Below, piece after piece: positions 24,057 to 25,268 of a DNA stretch of 25,268 bases (the first letter of the stretch is position 1; each line of letters begins with the position of its first letter). The notes under the pieces were generated by a model. It had not been told where the DNA came from, did not search any database, and saw only the letters and a list, made by a program, of their open reading frames with translations. The stretch comes from a virus (taxonomy: Duplodnaviria > Caudoviricetes). Where the stretch lies: IMG/VR virus record IMGVR_UViG_3300020042_003587, positions 1-25,268 of that record; one strand, 5' to 3'. A program made the translations under genes and the position numbers.

Positions 24057-24401
24057 ATGAAGAACGAGGAAGCACTCATACAGGAAGCAGTTATTAACTA
24101 TATTAATGCTCAATATCCTCGGCTGCTTTATTGTGCCTCAGCTGGAGGTGTTCGCACTTCTATGAAGCAAGCGGTAAAGATGAAGAAAACAGGGTATGTT
24201 AAAGGCTTCCCTGATATCTTTATCTATCACGCTAAGGGCACATTCTTTGGCTTAGCTATTGAAATGAAAACAGCTAAGGGTGTAATGAGTCAAAGCCAAA
24301 AGGATTGGCAGCATAAGCTTATTACTAATAACTACTACGCATGTACATGTAAGAGCTTTGATGAAGCTAAAAAAGTCATAGATGAATACATGGCGCTCTG
24401 A
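24057..24401 (+). CDS. VRR-NUC domain nuclease (PD-(D/E)xK; possible Holliday junction resolvase)
   Basis: EEALIQ, G..KGFPDIFI, LAIEMK, G.MS.SQK.W motifs. Confidence 0.85.
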   Translation: MKNEEALIQEAVINYINAQYPRLLYCASAGGVRTSMKQAVKMKKTGYVKGFPDIFIYHAKGTFFGLAIEMKTAKGVMSQSQKDWQHKLITNNYYACTCKSFDEAKKVIDEYMAL

Positions 24402-24882
24402 GTTTGATAAGTGTTATTTAGAGTGGCGCAGAGTAGCCCATAGCGTGGTGCGTGCAGATGTAGCAGATGAGTTACTCCATGACACGCTATTAAAGATTCT
24501 TGAGAGTGATAAAGATAAGTTACAGGATATCCACAACAGAGGCAAGCTAAACAATTACGTAAGCAATAGCATAAGACTTGCTGCACGCTGTAGTAACAGT
24601 TCATTCAATTACTCTTTGAGAAGATTCGAAAAGATACGTAATGATCTGAAAGATGATATCATTGATGATGTGAATAAGAGTGTAGGAATGCGTTTAGAGA
24701 ATGAGCAGTTAGATATCTTCATCAGCAGACTACCATACTTTGAGCGTGAGCTATTCTTTCTTTACGCATTGGATGACTTCAGCTATCAGGCATTAGCAGA
24801 TGAGACTGGAATACCTTTGAACTATCTTTACCGGACAATTAAGAAAGCTAAATTAACACTTAGAAATTCATTACAGATATGA
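24382..24882 (+). CDS. Phage RNA polymerase sigma factor (ECF-like, regions 2 and 4)
   Basis: ADELLHDTLLKIL (region 2) and ISRLPYFERELFFLYALDDFSYQALADETGIPLNYLYRTIKKAKLTLR (region 4 HTH). Confidence 0.8.
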   Translation: MNTWRSEFDKCYLEWRRVAHSVVRADVADELLHDTLLKILESDKDKLQDIHNRGKLNNYVSNSIRLAARCSNSSFNYSLRRFEKIRNDLKDDIIDDVNKSVGMRLENEQLDIFISRLPYFERELFFLYALDDFSYQALADETGIPLNYLYRTIKKAKLTLRNSLQI

Positions 24883-25268
24883 TGATTAACACAACCGACT
24901 TCGAAGCTCGCGTTAAAGTCTGCAAAGATTGCCCTGTGTACAATAAGACATTCGGTACATGTGGGCCTCCTGTTAACGCGATTAATCCATTCAAGCAGCC
25001 TCACACAATTGGAGAGGTAACATTCAAGCCTTGTGGTTGCCCTGTGGATCACTTAGCATCTTACGCTGCTACTGACTGCCCAGCTAAGCTATGGCCTAAG
25101 CTTGAGGAGAAAGATTGGAAGATGCCAACGCTTGAACACATCAGAGCTATTAAGCAAAGAGGTAGACTTGCACCGGGTGAGATGGCTAAGCTGTTTAAAT
25201 TGAGACGTGAATATCTTGGAATAAGAGACGGCAAGAACTTCACAAGCTGCACTCCCTGCATGAATGAC
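24879..25268 (+). CDS. Cys-rich putative metal-binding protein (3' truncated by window edge)
   Basis: Not in the ORF track. 130 open codons: MMINTTDFEARVKVCKDCP...GTCG...KPCGC...DCPAKLW...TSCTPC. ATGA overlap with the sigma gene. Confidence 0.75.
   Translation, partial: MMINTTDFEARVKVCKDCPVYNKTFGTCGPPVNAINPFKQPHTIGEVTFKPCGCPVDHLASYAATDCPAKLWPKLEEKDWKMPTLEHIRAIKQRGRLAPGEMAKLFKLRREYLGIRDGKNFTSCTPCMND

Larger units (their letters stand above)
1..25268 (+). mobile_element. Segment of a tailed dsDNA bacteriophage genome (probably siphovirus-like, Bacteroidota host)
   Basis: Terminase, portal, prohead protease, capsid, tape measure, lysis and replication modules are all co-oriented. No host housekeeping genes. 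Bacteroidota-type promoter boxes are present. Confidence 0.95.

Noticed and set aside
1363-25261. All minus-strand ORFs in the track (e.g. 8393-8740, 17647-18036, 20326-20751, 21148-21507, 25061-25261)
   Set aside because: They lie opposite well-supported + strand genes, have no recognisable motifs and look like antisense shadows.
1-25268. Stop-codon reassignment as seen in some Bacteroidota phages
   Set aside because: Genes are full length in the standard code, and TAG, TGA and TAA all end genes at tight junctions (e.g. TAG at 16492, 21021, 22291).
1-25268. Integrase, attachment site, diversity-generating retroelement, intron or intein
   Set aside because: No recombinase or reverse-transcriptase motifs, no template/variable repeat pair seen, and terL and capsid are uninterrupted. 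Lifestyle cannot be determined from this window.

Overview
The window is part of a tailed dsDNA phage genome with all credible protein genes on the + strand, tightly packed in the standard genetic code. The host is probably Bacteroidota, judged from TAnnTTTG promoter boxes and A-rich leaders with no obvious Shine-Dalgarno sequence. Gene order: end of a tail fibre-like gene, tail genes and tape measure (1-8490); XkdF-type prohead protease, scaffold, major capsid, putative tail tube, portal and adaptor (8647-14209); a five-gene lysis cassette (14301-15872); an early/replication operon with small ORFs, SSB-like, HTH, stand-alone DnaA domain IV, initiator-like and C5-methyltransferase genes (15973-21021); metallophosphoesterase and terminase large subunit (21413-23595); a 460-bp structured intergenic region; then VRR-NUC nuclease, sigma factor and a truncated Cys-rich gene. 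Most notable observations: (1) a candidate ~80-nt minus-strand small RNA with its own promoter box and terminator, complementary to the translation-start regions of several early/replication genes and lying next to tandem DnaA-box-like sites; (2) a dnaX-like A10 / A-AAA-AAG slippery site at the boundary between the portal core and a MuF-like C-terminal domain; (3) a C5-methyltransferase whose motif IX and three TRD-like repeats are encoded by a nested gene in the +1 frame. All product calls come from motif recognition by eye; no database searches were run.
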